Positions 21,765-31,377 of a stretch of 64,000 nucleotides of DNA are shown here, one piece after another; position 1 is the stretch's first letter, and each line of letters begins with the position of its first letter. Where the stretch lies: NCBI RefSeq assembly GCF_045037415.1, contig NZ_CP173438.1, one strand, 5' to 3'. The stretch comes from Escherichia coli. Its GTDB lineage: Bacteria > Pseudomonadota > Gammaproteobacteria > Enterobacterales > Enterobacteriaceae. Made by a program: the position numbers and the translations under genes. The notes under the pieces are model-generated. The model was not told where the DNA came from. It was given only the letters and a program-made list of their open reading frames with translations, and did no database searches.

Positions 21765-23906
21765 TCAAAATTCCATTTTCACCGTGAATTGCACTTCACG
21801 CGGATCGCCAATCTGATTCCCCAGATTATTTGTGGCGATGGAAGAGGTGTAATACGTTTTATCAAACAGGTTTTTGACGTTTAATTGCAGTGTGACCGGA
21901 TACTGCAATTTCATTTTGTATGCGGCGAAGGCATCGGCAACAAAATAGCCTGGCAGATAATAGTCAGCCCCATTGGTTGCCGAACGACGGCTTACACCAT
22001 GTCCACCACCGCCAAATGTCAGCGTATTATTGCCTGGCATGTTATGAATATCATAGGTCAGGAATAGCGAACCGGTATGACGAGGAACATTCGGCAATGG
22101 TTTCCCTGCATAATCAGGATCCTCCAGAACCTTAGCATCGGTATAGCCGTAGCTGGCAATGATATTAATGTTTTCAGTTAATGCTCCCGCAAGGTCGACT
22201 TCTACCCCTCTTGAACGAACACGGCCTGCCGTTTTGGCGATGGTTTCATCACCAATACTTTCGGTATACAACACATTACGTTTATGGATATCAAACAGCG
22301 CAATATCTGCGGTGATACCATCGAATAGCTCGAATTTTGCCCCGACTTCGTAAGCATTAGATGATTCCGGTGGAAGATCGCCAATGTAGCTGGCAATTGA
22401 CGACTGCGGCATAAATGTTTGCGAATAATTGGCAAATAAGGATACCGATGGCGTCAGTTTGTAGACCAACCCCAGTTTGGGAGTCCATTGTTCATCGCGG
22501 CTGTCAGTATTGACATTAAAAGGACGGCCTTTACCCGCATACTGCGTGTAATACTGATAGCGGATCCCGGCGACGGCAATCCAGTTATCGGTCAGATAGA
22601 GTGCGTCCTGTGCATACGCTGAGTAGCTCTCCTGTTTGATCGTCTGATCACTGTCCGACGCCGAAACCGTTGTACATTTGCTGGTATTACCATAAACAGG
22701 GTTGTAAATATTGAAATCTTTAGCTTTTTTACAGCGAATCATATCTGTACGCAGAAGATCATAATATTCATATGACACCCCACCCAGAATCTCATTATAG
22801 AATCCGGCAATATCAACATTCCCTTGCAGATCCGCACGAGTAGCATGCATACGCTGGGTAGAGCCCTGAGTTGCATCAACACGCCGTGTCAGTGTTCCTG
22901 TCGTTGCATCATATGCGGTAACACGCGCCTGATTATCGCTGTATTTATCCTGGCTGTAGCTGTAATCAAAGCGTGCTGTCCACTGGCTATTGAGATGATA
23001 TTCTGCGTTGAGTTGCGCCAGATCGGACTGACCATCTGTAATATTAAACGGTTCGTCAAAACGTATTTTTCGATCAACGTTTACGGGCTGTTTCGTCGTA
23101 AGGTCGAAAATCGTTCCACGATCGAACGGAGTTTTATAGTCCCGATGGGAATAGAGCATGGTTACTGTTGCATTATCACCAAACCATGTGAGTGACGGGG
23201 CAATAAATGTACTGCGCTCTTTACCGAAGTTTCGCCAGTAATCTTCATCCTGCACTTCCCCGGTAAGGCGATACGCCAGCTGAGTGCCTTCAATGGGACC
23301 TGTGATATCAAGTTGCCCAGTGCCGCCACCAAAACTGGAGGAGGTGGCTGAAACCGAACCATGGAATGTTTTTTCCGGGCGCTTGGTCACGACGTTAATC
23401 AGTCCGCCAGGATCGAGAATGCCATACAGCGTGGAGGCCGGGCCTTTTAGCACTTCCACACGTTCTGTGGCGGCGTTGAAACTGCGAGGAAGTACGGTTC
23501 GCAGACCGTTGGTCATGATGGAGCCATCCCGGTTTGCGCCAAACCCACGGCGTACAAAGGCGTCCTGAGTTCCGCCTAATGTATTGGTCTGTACCACGTT
23601 ACTGACGTTATAAAGCGCCTCATCCAGCGTTGTCGCATTCTGGTTTTCCAGAACCTGATCGCTAACCGTATTGACCACCTGCGGGATATCCAGCATCGGC
23701 ATATCGGTTAATGTCGCCGTAGAGGTGCTCAGAGGTTGATAACCATCGGTTGCCTCAGTTGCGGTATTTGCATCTGCTGTAACAGTGATTGTTTCGCCAT
23801 CTTTGGTCGTTACAGAGTCTGTTGCATGAATCATCGGTGCCGCAAAAAGCAGTGAAAAGAGCGCCCGACCTTTGAGTCCTGAGAATGAAGGTGTGAACAT
23901 AGCCAT
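21765..23906 (-). CDS. TonB-dependent outer-membrane siderophore receptor (fit-locus FitA-like), 713 aa
   Basis: Signal peptide, plug-domain and C-terminal beta-barrel ending ...QFTVKMEF (terminal aromatic residue); divergent from an iron-type ABC importer with a Fur-box-like site between them. Confidence 0.8.
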   Translation of the reverse strand: MAMFTPSFSGLKGRALFSLLFAAPMIHATDSVTTKDGETITVTADANTATEATDGYQPLSTSTATLTDMPMLDIPQVVNTVSDQVLENQNATTLDEALYNVSNVVQTNTLGGTQDAFVRRGFGANRDGSIMTNGLRTVLPRSFNAATERVEVLKGPASTLYGILDPGGLINVVTKRPEKTFHGSVSATSSSFGGGTGQLDITGPIEGTQLAYRLTGEVQDEDYWRNFGKERSTFIAPSLTWFGDNATVTMLYSHRDYKTPFDRGTIFDLTTKQPVNVDRKIRFDEPFNITDGQSDLAQLNAEYHLNSQWTARFDYSYSQDKYSDNQARVTAYDATTGTLTRRVDATQGSTQRMHATRADLQGNVDIAGFYNEILGGVSYEYYDLLRTDMIRCKKAKDFNIYNPVYGNTSKCTTVSASDSDQTIKQESYSAYAQDALYLTDNWIAVAGIRYQYYTQYAGKGRPFNVNTDSRDEQWTPKLGLVYKLTPSVSLFANYSQTFMPQSSIASYIGDLPPESSNAYEVGAKFELFDGITADIALFDIHKRNVLYTESIGDETIAKTAGRVRSRGVEVDLAGALTENINIIASYGYTDAKVLEDPDYAGKPLPNVPRHTGSLFLTYDIHNMPGNNTLTFGGGGHGVSRRSATNGADYYLPGYFVADAFAAYKMKLQYPVTLQLNVKNLFDKTYYTSSIATNNLGNQIGDPREVQFTVKMEF

Positions 23907-24005
23907 TTAGTCTGTTATCCCAAAAACTCGCGGATTGTCGCGAGTGAAAATTGTTTCTTATTGCTCACTAAGCACTATCCGTTTGTTATTTCGCCATCGG
24001 ATATG

Positions 24006-24024
24006 TAATTGAGAATCATTCAAT
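24006..24024. promoter_or_regulatory. Candidate Fur box in the divergent promoter region between the receptor and the ABC importer operon
   Basis: TAATTGAGAATCATTCAAT resembles the Fur consensus GATAATGATAATCATTATC (about 11/19, core GAGAATCATTC); AT-rich intergenic region. Confidence 0.45.
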
Positions 24025-24279
24025 CACGCAGTAATGTAGTAGTAAATGAGAAATAACAAAAAATTGCTACATGTGTTTTTATGAAAGGTTTATACAATTT
24101 GATTGCTTTTAATTTATTGATATTTAATGTTTTTATTTTTATGTATAAAAATATTTTACCTGTTATTTACCTTGTTTTTGTGTGGCTTTTAACTGCTTGA
24201 CTACTACATTTTGTGGCGTCAAACTCTCAAAGGAGAATGAGTTTTATTTTTGTTTGTCTTTGATTAAGTTGGCGTACAC

Positions 24280-25089
24280 GTGGCACATAACGCAAAAGGG
24301 CAGGGGCTGATCCTCGACAATGTTTCTGCCGGGTATCACAAGAAAATCATTGTTGATGGTGTTTCTTTCTCCGTTCCCACAGAAAAAATGACCGTTCTGG
24401 TTGGGGCAAACGGCTGTGGAAAGTCGACGTTGCTCAGCACCATTGCACGTATCTTGCAACCTATGGGCGGTTCGATATTGCTTGATGGCAAAGCGATTCA
24501 CGAGCAACCAACGAAAGCGTTATCCCGTAGACTTGGGATCTTGCCGCAGTCGCCATTATTGCCGGAGGGCTTAACCGTTTATGAACTGGTGTCGCGTGGG
24601 CGTTTTCCCTGGCAAAATTTCATACGTCAATGGAGCGACGCCGATGAGCAGGCGGTGGAAGAGGCCCTGAAATTAACCGGTACGCAGGAGTTTGCACATT
24701 TACCTGTTGAAAAACTCTCTGGTGGGCAGCGCCAGCGTTGCTGGATTGCGATGGTGTTGGCGCAAAAGACGCCTTATATCCTGCTGGATGAACCCACAAC
24801 CTGGCTTGATTTACGTTATCAGGTTGAAATTCTTGAGTTATTACATGATTTAACGCGTCATCACGGGCGTACAGTCGTCGTGGTGTTGCATGATCTGAAT
24901 TTTGCCGTCAATTATGGCGATACGTTGATATTTTTACGCCAGGGGAAAGTGGTGCGTGTGTTGAATGAGGGGGAGCATTGCACGCCTGAACTGGTAAAAG
25001 CTGTCTTTGACGTTGATGTTCACGCATCAATAAATCCTCTGACGGGAAAGCCGTTCTTCATGCCGTTTCGTGGTGTAGAAAAAGTATGA
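24280..25089 (+). CDS. ABC transporter ATP-binding protein (iron-siderophore/FecE-like), 269 aa, GTG start
   Basis: Walker A GANGCGKST, ABC signature LSGGQRQR, Walker B ILLDEPT. Confidence 0.85.
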   Translation: MAHNAKGQGLILDNVSAGYHKKIIVDGVSFSVPTEKMTVLVGANGCGKSTLLSTIARILQPMGGSILLDGKAIHEQPTKALSRRLGILPQSPLLPEGLTVYELVSRGRFPWQNFIRQWSDADEQAVEEALKLTGTQEFAHLPVEKLSGGQRQRCWIAMVLAQKTPYILLDEPTTWLDLRYQVEILELLHDLTRHHGRTVVVVLHDLNFAVNYGDTLIFLRQGKVVRVLNEGEHCTPELVKAVFDVDVHASINPLTGKPFFMPFRGVEKV

Positions 25090-26069
25090 TGCGCACAGGG
25101 CTGGTTACTGTAATTTTCCTCGCCTTACTGCTGGTGGGATGCGTGGTATATCCAGGGATTGGTGCCCGATTTATTGCACCACAAACGGTGTTGCAGGCAT
25201 TTCTTCATTTTGATCCGCAAAACTTCGATCACAACGTAATTGTAAGACTCCGTTTGCCGCGTTTAGCGGCAGCATTGCTTACCGGTGCTTCTCTTGGTGT
25301 TGCTGGTGCTTTGTTGCAGGCTGTCATTCGTAACCCATTGGGGGAACCACATATTTTAGGCTTAAATGCCGGAGCCGCTCTTGCTGTCGTTGCCGCCAGT
25401 GCGCTTGGACTGGCCTTTCCGGTTGGACGCCCACTGCTGGCATCTACGGGGGGCGCGTTATTGTTCCTGTTGATATTGCTGCTTTCCTCCGCAGGGCGTT
25501 CAGGGTTAACGCCAATGAAAGTTACTTTATGCGGCGTGGCGCTATCGGCGTTCGTGTCCTCAATAACGGCTGCAATCCTGATTCTTGACGAACAAACACT
25601 GCTGGCGATGCGGACATGGCTAGCAGGTGATTTAGCGGGGCAGGATTGGGCGACGCTGGGTACGTCCGCCTGGTTTTCTCTGGGGGGATTTGTGTTAGCC
25701 CTTTACCTTGCACCCTCCCTTAACATGTTGGCACTGGGCGATCGCATGGCGCAGGGGCTGGGCGTCTCTGTACTCCGCACGCGAACATTCACCCTGCTTG
25801 CGATCGCGTTGCTCTGTGGCGCAGCCGTATCGATTGCTGGCCCCATTGGTTTTGTCGGCCTGCTAGTACCGCAGATTGTCCGGCGTCTGGTATCAGCGGA
25901 TCTGCGCGTTCTGCTCCCTCTTTCAGCTTGTGTCGGCGCGCTTTTGTTATTACTGGCAGATATTATTGCCCGGACGCTTTTCACGCCCCATGAGTTAGCG
26001 ACCGGTGTCATGACGGCGTTAGTTGGTGCGCCTGTTTTTGTCATTATGGCGACGAGGATGTTCAAATGA
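25086..26069 (+). CDS. ABC transporter permease (FecCD family), 327 aa
   Basis: Polytopic hydrophobic protein; start overlaps the ATPase stop (translational coupling). Confidence 0.85.
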   Translation: MMRTGLVTVIFLALLLVGCVVYPGIGARFIAPQTVLQAFLHFDPQNFDHNVIVRLRLPRLAAALLTGASLGVAGALLQAVIRNPLGEPHILGLNAGAALAVVAASALGLAFPVGRPLLASTGGALLFLLILLLSSAGRSGLTPMKVTLCGVALSAFVSSITAAILILDEQTLLAMRTWLAGDLAGQDWATLGTSAWFSLGGFVLALYLAPSLNMLALGDRMAQGLGVSVLRTRTFTLLAIALLCGAAVSIAGPIGFVGLLVPQIVRRLVSADLRVLLPLSACVGALLLLLADIIARTLFTPHELATGVMTALVGAPVFVIMATRMFK

Positions 26070-27115
26070 GTCGGATAATGAACGTCGGGCTACGCCCACT
26101 ACGTGTTGGTAAGTTTTCGACACTGGTGCGCCCTAAAAATCTGCTGTTGCTTGGTGGGCTGTTCCTGCTTGCGGTTGGAATACTGATATTCGGTCTGATG
26201 CAGGGTTCTTTCTCTGTTCCGGCATCGGAAGTAGGACGAGCGTTGTTTGCTCCAGAAAACGTAAGCACAGACGCACGTTATATTGTGCAGGATATTCGCT
26301 TGCCGAGAGTCATCATGGCATTGCTATGCGGGGCCATGTTAGGTATGGCAGGGGCCGCAATGCAATCCATTGCACGTAACGGCCTTGCCGATCCTGGTTT
26401 AATCGGCGTCAAAGAAGGATGTAGCGTGGCTGTGCTGTGGCTGATTTTCCAGTTTCCAATGCTGGGAATGTTCTGGCGTCCAGTGGCTGGTCTTGCTGGT
26501 GGCCTGTTGGTGGCTTTAATCGTGATTTTTTGTGCGCGCGATATTTCCCGCCCGCGATTTGTTCTGATTGGTATTGGTGTTTCCTGGTTTTTCGCCGCCG
26601 GTATCGGTGTATTTATGACCACTGCAGATGTTCGAGATGTACAAACTGCATTGATGTGGTTATCGGGAAGCCTGCATGCAGCTAACTGGATGTTAGTCGG
26701 TATTTCAGCCTGTTGGATGTTGCCAGCCGCTCTTTTATTGCTGTTCACCGCCAGGACTGCGGATATCGCTCTGCTTGGTCATCAGGTTGCAACCGGGTTA
26801 GGGGTGAATAGTTCTCGTCTGGCGTTGTTACGTGTCGCCGCACCCATAATCCTGACAGCCGTCTGCGTTTCGTGTGTTGGTAACATCGGTTTTGTCGGAT
26901 TGATAGCACCCCATATATCACGTTTTATTCTACGTGGCGGGCAGACGACATTACTGCTGGGGAGCGCGGTATCGGGGGCGTTGTTAGTTATTCTGGCGGA
27001 TAGCATTGGTCGTTTGGCTTTTTTGCCTTTGCAACTGCCTGCCGGAATCATTATCTCACTGATTGGTGGACCATTTTTTTTACTACTGCTCTGGCAGCGC
27101 AGGAACAGTTTTTAA
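26066..27115 (+). CDS. ABC transporter permease (FecCD family), 349 aa
   Basis: Second FecCD-type permease; start overlaps the preceding stop. Confidence 0.85.
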   Translation: MSRIMNVGLRPLRVGKFSTLVRPKNLLLLGGLFLLAVGILIFGLMQGSFSVPASEVGRALFAPENVSTDARYIVQDIRLPRVIMALLCGAMLGMAGAAMQSIARNGLADPGLIGVKEGCSVAVLWLIFQFPMLGMFWRPVAGLAGGLLVALIVIFCARDISRPRFVLIGIGVSWFFAAGIGVFMTTADVRDVQTALMWLSGSLHAANWMLVGISACWMLPAALLLLFTARTADIALLGHQVATGLGVNSSRLALLRVAAPIILTAVCVSCVGNIGFVGLIAPHISRFILRGGQTTLLLGSAVSGALLVILADSIGRLAFLPLQLPAGIIISLIGGPFFLLLLWQRRNSF

Positions 27116-27125
27116 CGGGAGTTAT

Positions 27126-28073
27126 ATGCGTTTATTTTTTTCTCTGCTGATACTGTTGTCATTTTTTTCCCGTGCAACAGAACCTGTTCAGGTATTTACT
27201 GATGATTTAGGGCGCAAAGTCACTGTTCCTGCTCATCCAAAGAGAATTGTCTCTTTACACGATCTTGATATCACTATTCCTCTGATTGAGCTCGGTGTAC
27301 CTCCTGTCGCCAGCCACGGGCGAACTCGGCCTGACGGTAGCCATTTCATTCGATCTGGCGCGTTATTGACAGGTGTCGACTTTGATAATTCATCGATCGC
27401 CTTTATTGGTACCGCTGATATTGATATTGAAGCGATTGTGGCGGCAAAGCCTGACTTGATCATCACAGAACCGACCCGTAATACGCCCATTGAACAACTT
27501 GAAAAAATTGCGCCCACGGTGAGCATTGATCATCTCAAAGGGGGCGCGCCAGAAATCTATCGCAAGCTGGCAGAACTTACAGGAACGCAGTCGCAGCTGG
27601 CGATACTTGAACGCCGCTATCAGGCACAAATCAATGCGCTGAAGGCGACGCTGGACAGCCAAAAAATAACGGTATCGGTGATTCAGGCAAACCAGGGAAA
27701 AATTAATGTGATGCATAGCTATCATTCGCTGGGACGGGTATTACGCGATGCTGGTTTTCGTTTTCCGCCGCTGATTGAGAGCATTCCTGAAGGTGGGCGA
27801 ATGGATGTGAGCGCGGAGCGTTTACCTGAACTGGATGCCGATTTTGTTTTTGCAACCTGGCGCGGTGACACCGGTGGTAAACCTCAGGATGAGCTGGCAG
27901 CAATGGAAAAAGTCATGCCGGGATGGTGTCAGTTTCTGACTGCCTGTCGTTCCGGGCGTTATGTGCTGATTTCTCGTGAAGAGGCAATTTCTAACTCCTT
28001 TGCATCTCTGGGGCTGATGGCTGCGCAGATACAATCACAAATTGCAGGGCGACCTCTACCGGAGGCTAAATGA
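27126..28073 (+). CDS. Periplasmic iron-siderophore binding protein (FhuD/FecB-like), about 315 aa
   Basis: ORF 27063..28073; start chosen at the ATG preceded by GGGAG; signal peptide MRLFFSLLILLSFFSRA; class III SBP-like composition. Confidence 0.8.
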   Translation: MRLFFSLLILLSFFSRATEPVQVFTDDLGRKVTVPAHPKRIVSLHDLDITIPLIELGVPPVASHGRTRPDGSHFIRSGALLTGVDFDNSSIAFIGTADIDIEAIVAAKPDLIITEPTRNTPIEQLEKIAPTVSIDHLKGGAPEIYRKLAELTGTQSQLAILERRYQAQINALKATLDSQKITVSVIQANQGKINVMHSYHSLGRVLRDAGFRFPPLIESIPEGGRMDVSAERLPELDADFVFATWRGDTGGKPQDELAAMEKVMPGWCQFLTACRSGRYVLISREEAISNSFASLGLMAAQIQSQIAGRPLPEAK

Positions 28074-28957
28074 TCCAGAAAGATAAAGTGCGGGTTGATA
28101 TTTTTGGTGAGCGTTTTCGCACTCGCGCGAGTCAGTTAACGCCTGGGTTAAGAGTTGTCGCCAGCTACATTAATGAGCATCGTGAAGTGGTACTCGAGCA
28201 AACGGCGATGGAAATTGCGGCCACGTTGAACACTTCCGATGCCACAGTTATCAGGGCTATACAGGCCCTGGGGTTTGCCGGGCTGCGTGATCTGAAACGC
28301 ACTCTGGAACAGTGGCTTGGTCCAGCCCTTAGTTCCAGCGAAAAGATGTCTACGACGGTGAGTAACTTGACGAGCGATGTTAACACCGCAATCGACTTTG
28401 TTCTTGAAGGGCATTTGTATACCTGTAATGTCCTGTCAGAGCCTGAAAACCGCCACGCGCTTGCGCAAGCTGTAGCGTTGTTGGTGCAGGCACGGCAAGT
28501 CGCAATTTTTGGCATTGGCGCTTCGGGTATTCTGGCGGACTATACCGCACGACTATTCAACCGCATAGGTTTGCCTGCCACGGCACTAAACCGTACGGGT
28601 ATTGGCCTTGCCGAGCAACTGATCGCGCTTCAACGTGGCGATGTTCTGATCATGATGGCGCAAAAATCTGCGCACCGGGAAGGGCTGACAACGCTTCGTG
28701 AGGCGAGGCGGCTGGGGATCCCTGTTATTTTGCTGACAAACGCGCTGGATTCACGTTTTAGCAAAGACGCCAGTATCGTGATTCATGTTCCGCGCGGGGA
28801 TGAAAAAGGGAAAACGCCGCTACATGGTACGGTATTGTTGTGTCTGGAAATGATTGTCTGGTCGGTAGCTTCCGCAGTGCCGCAGCGTGCGGTTAAAACC
28901 ATTAAGCGAATTAACGATTTCCATCGAGGACTGAAAACGGGAAGAAAGAATGGCTAA
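28070..28957 (+). CDS. RpiR/MurR-family transcriptional regulator (HTH plus SIS domain; fit-locus FitR-like), 295 aa
   Basis: N-terminal HTH (..EIAATLNTSDATVIRAIQALGF..) and C-terminal SIS-type sugar-phosphate binding region; start overlaps the binding-protein stop. Confidence 0.8.
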   Translation: MIQKDKVRVDIFGERFRTRASQLTPGLRVVASYINEHREVVLEQTAMEIAATLNTSDATVIRAIQALGFAGLRDLKRTLEQWLGPALSSSEKMSTTVSNLTSDVNTAIDFVLEGHLYTCNVLSEPENRHALAQAVALLVQARQVAIFGIGASGILADYTARLFNRIGLPATALNRTGIGLAEQLIALQRGDVLIMMAQKSAHREGLTTLREARRLGIPVILLTNALDSRFSKDASIVIHVPRGDEKGKTPLHGTVLLCLEMIVWSVASAVPQRAVKTIKRINDFHRGLKTGRKNG

Positions 28958-29001
28958 TCTGGGCTGAGACCGGTAGCAGCACCGGCCTCTTTTTAGAAAT
29001 G

Positions 29002-29316
29002 TCAAAGCCCCGGCTGCAGGATACGAATATTCATCTCCAGCACGTCACCTTTTACGGCTTCGCTATATGCTTTCATGTGCGGGGTTTGCAGATGCGCTTC
29101 AAGATGCGCGATGCTTTCCCACTGCTCAATCATCACGATAGAATCCGGTGCCATAGACTGGAAACTCACGCCAGCAGCGCAATCCACCATTGGCGCATAG
29201 CCGTGGCAACCTTCTTCTTTCAGTACGGTTGGAACGATTTTAGCAAACTGATCCAACACTGCCTGACGGTGATGTTGACCAGGACGAGTACGAATTTCTG
29301 CGATTACTGTAATCAT
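29002..29316 (-). CDS. ygiN: Quinol monooxygenase YgiN (ABM domain), 104 aa
   Basis: Product MITVIAEIRTRPGQHHRQAVLDQFAKIVPTVLKEEGCHGYAP... recognised as YgiN; operon with mdaB. Confidence 0.9.
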   Translation of the reverse strand: MITVIAEIRTRPGQHHRQAVLDQFAKIVPTVLKEEGCHGYAPMVDCAAGVSFQSMAPDSIVMIEQWESIAHLEAHLQTPHMKAYSEAVKGDVLEMNIRILQPGL

Positions 29317-29346
29317 GGTTAACTCCTTCTAAAGCCAGAGCTCTAG

Positions 29347-29928
29347 TTAACCAAAAATTTCCACAAGATGCTTGCGATATTCTTCAGTATAGCGGGGAAC
29401 ATCAGGCATTTTTATCACGTCATTAGCGATAAATGTCGGCAGCGGTTCCATGCCAAGGAATTGGTTTGCTTTATGGAACGGCAGGTACACACCGTCAACA
29501 CCAACGCCGTGGAAGAACTGATCTTTTTCGGTGAAGGCTTCCATTGGTGCGTTCCAGGTCAGAGAAAGCATATATTTTTTGCCCTGTACCAGGCCGCCGG
29601 AACCGTATTTTTTTGATGGATCTTTGCGGGTACGACCATCGCTGGCATACAGAGTCCCGTGACCTTCGGTGAATACATCATCAATATATTTTTTCACTGT
29701 CCACGGCGCGCCCATCCACCAGCCAGGCATCTGCCAGATCACCACATCAGCCCAGAGAAAGTTTTGTACTTCCGCTTTGACATCGTAGTCGCTGTCGGCG
29801 CGAACAATGCGGACATCATGCCCGAGGTCGCGCAGTGTGCCATCCGCGACTTCGGTCAGGGTGTCGTTCAGTTGACCATTGGAGTGGGCGAATTTTTTCG
29901 CGCCGTTGATAATCAGGATGTTGCTCAT
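29347..29928 (-). CDS. mdaB: NADPH:quinone oxidoreductase MdaB, 193 aa
   Basis: ORF 29347..30084; start at MSNILIINGAKKFAHSNGQLNDTL... (flavodoxin-like fold). Confidence 0.9.
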   Translation of the reverse strand: MSNILIINGAKKFAHSNGQLNDTLTEVADGTLRDLGHDVRIVRADSDYDVKAEVQNFLWADVVIWQMPGWWMGAPWTVKKYIDDVFTEGHGTLYASDGRTRKDPSKKYGSGGLVQGKKYMLSLTWNAPMEAFTEKDQFFHGVGVDGVYLPFHKANQFLGMEPLPTFIANDVIKMPDVPRYTEEYRKHLVEIFG

Positions 29929-30178
29929 TTTTTTAACCTCAAGGTGAGACGTTTGCCGACTATAGTACGTCACAGAGCGGTACGGTGAAATTAGCAAAAT
30001 GTGCAAAGTCTTTTGCGAATTTAGCAAAAGTCTGATCTTTCTCTGATTCACCGATGCGGGATAAATATTTTCTGAAAATGACAATACTTAAATCAACTTC
30101 CCATAAGCTCCCACAGGAGAGATGTATTATGCAAATGATACAGGAGTTTTTCGGAAAAAATGATTATGGAGAATATAT

Positions 30179-30658
30179 ATGTCAAATATGATATACTTAT
30201 CAATTAAAGGGAAAATACAAGGTTTGATCTCTGAGGGTTGTGGTTCGTATGCATCTATTGGTAATAAATATCAAATAAATCATGTGGATGAAATTTTTGT
30301 TTTACAGTTCGACCATTCTTTAAGTCGAGAGTATAATGTAGTGCATCACCCCATAAAATTTTACAAGCCAATAGATAAATCCTCCCCTTTATTAAATGCC
30401 GCTCTTTCTGAAAATGAAGAGTTATCAGCTGTATTTAATTTTTATAGAATTAATTCTGGCGGTTGTATTGAAAGGTTTTACACAATTGAATTGCAAGGAG
30501 CACATTTATCGAATATTCTGACATGTTATCCACACTCAATTACACATGCGGGTAATCAGCCGGAAGAGGTCATTGTTCTTAATTATAAAAATATAACATG
30601 GAAGCACCATATCGCGAGTACGGAATCATATAGTTGTTGGGAAGAAAGGATTTTTTAA
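30179..30658 (+). CDS. hcp: Orphan Hcp-family protein (type VI secretion tube/cargo-carrier family), 159 aa
   Basis: Product MSNMIYLSIKGKIQG...HHPIKFYKPIDKSSPLLNAAL...FNFYRINSGG...VIVLNYKNITWKHH... follows the conserved Hcp pattern; AT-rich; no other T6SS core genes in the window. Confidence 0.75.
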   Translation: MSNMIYLSIKGKIQGLISEGCGSYASIGNKYQINHVDEIFVLQFDHSLSREYNVVHHPIKFYKPIDKSSPLLNAALSENEELSAVFNFYRINSGGCIERFYTIELQGAHLSNILTCYPHSITHAGNQPEEVIVLNYKNITWKHHIASTESYSCWEERIF

Positions 30659-30660
30659 AT

Positions 30661-31371
30661 ATGAAAAGCGATCTCACTATAAAAAATAGATATTGTACAA
30701 TTCCACAAGCGAAGTTCCGTAAATGGGATGAAATGGACGTTTTACTCTGGAAGTTAGGAAAAAATGATTCGCGTCGCCGTTCAGGAGTATATTATTTAAA
30801 TGCTTATAAAGATGCATATGTACAATATAATAGAGACAAAATAATTAAATATGCATACGCCGCTGGAATTCGTCCAGAGTTACTGGGCGGCGTGGCCTGG
30901 ATTGAGTCAGGAGGTATGCCTGAAAATTATAAGTTTCAGATATATGAAACAAAAAGAATGATCGGATTGTTAGATATGCCTGAAAATAAAACATCATTTG
31001 GCTCAATGGGTATACAAATACGAACCGCAGCGATTACTCTAGGTCTAGACCCTTCAGAATTAACTACCAGAAATCAGTTAGAGTTAGCGACATGCCTAAT
31101 GGAGGATGATTTTACCTTTCAAATTGCTGCTACTTATTTAAGAGATCTTGTTCTTTTTGATTATCCCTCTTCGGCAACACTGTATATGACGAATGAGCAG
31201 TATATTATGGCTGGTATTAGATATAATCGTGGTGTTGAACGAGATTTGGGTTTTTTTATTTGTTTAATTAATAATTTGCCTGCACGTGATACAGATGATT
31301 ATAAATTCATCTCTTATGGTATGAGGTTGTTAGAGATTAGAGAACATATCAAAAAATTGATTAATGAGTAA
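30661..31371 (+). CDS. Putative Hcp-associated effector with lytic-transglycosylase (SLT / lysozyme-like) motifs, 236 aa, no signal peptide
   Basis: ATG preceded by AAGGA, 2 nt after the hcp stop. Ordered motifs: E82-S83 (WIESGG), G117-I-Q-I120 with TAA (SMGIQIRTAA), A157-T-Y-L160 (QIAATYLRDL), Y188-N-R-G191 (GIRYNRG). AT-rich. Confidence 0.6.
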   Translation: MKSDLTIKNRYCTIPQAKFRKWDEMDVLLWKLGKNDSRRRSGVYYLNAYKDAYVQYNRDKIIKYAYAAGIRPELLGGVAWIESGGMPENYKFQIYETKRMIGLLDMPENKTSFGSMGIQIRTAAITLGLDPSELTTRNQLELATCLMEDDFTFQIAATYLRDLVLFDYPSSATLYMTNEQYIMAGIRYNRGVERDLGFFICLINNLPARDTDDYKFISYGMRLLEIREHIKKLINE

Positions 31372-31377
31372 TCAGAT

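Noticed and set aside
24244-24507. 87-aa minus-strand ORF overlapping the start of the ABC ATPase gene
   Set aside because: Overlaps the Walker-A-encoding region of a well-supported gene on the opposite strand; no ribosome-binding site; the intergenic space is better explained as a divergent promoter with a Fur box.
30634-30660. TTG-initiated 5' extension (MLGRKDFLN) of the putative effector, overlapping the hcp 3' end
   Set aside because: An in-frame ATG at 30661 has a proper AAGGA Shine-Dalgarno sequence 8 nt upstream and avoids overlap with hcp; the extension is most likely an artefact of permissive start-codon calling.
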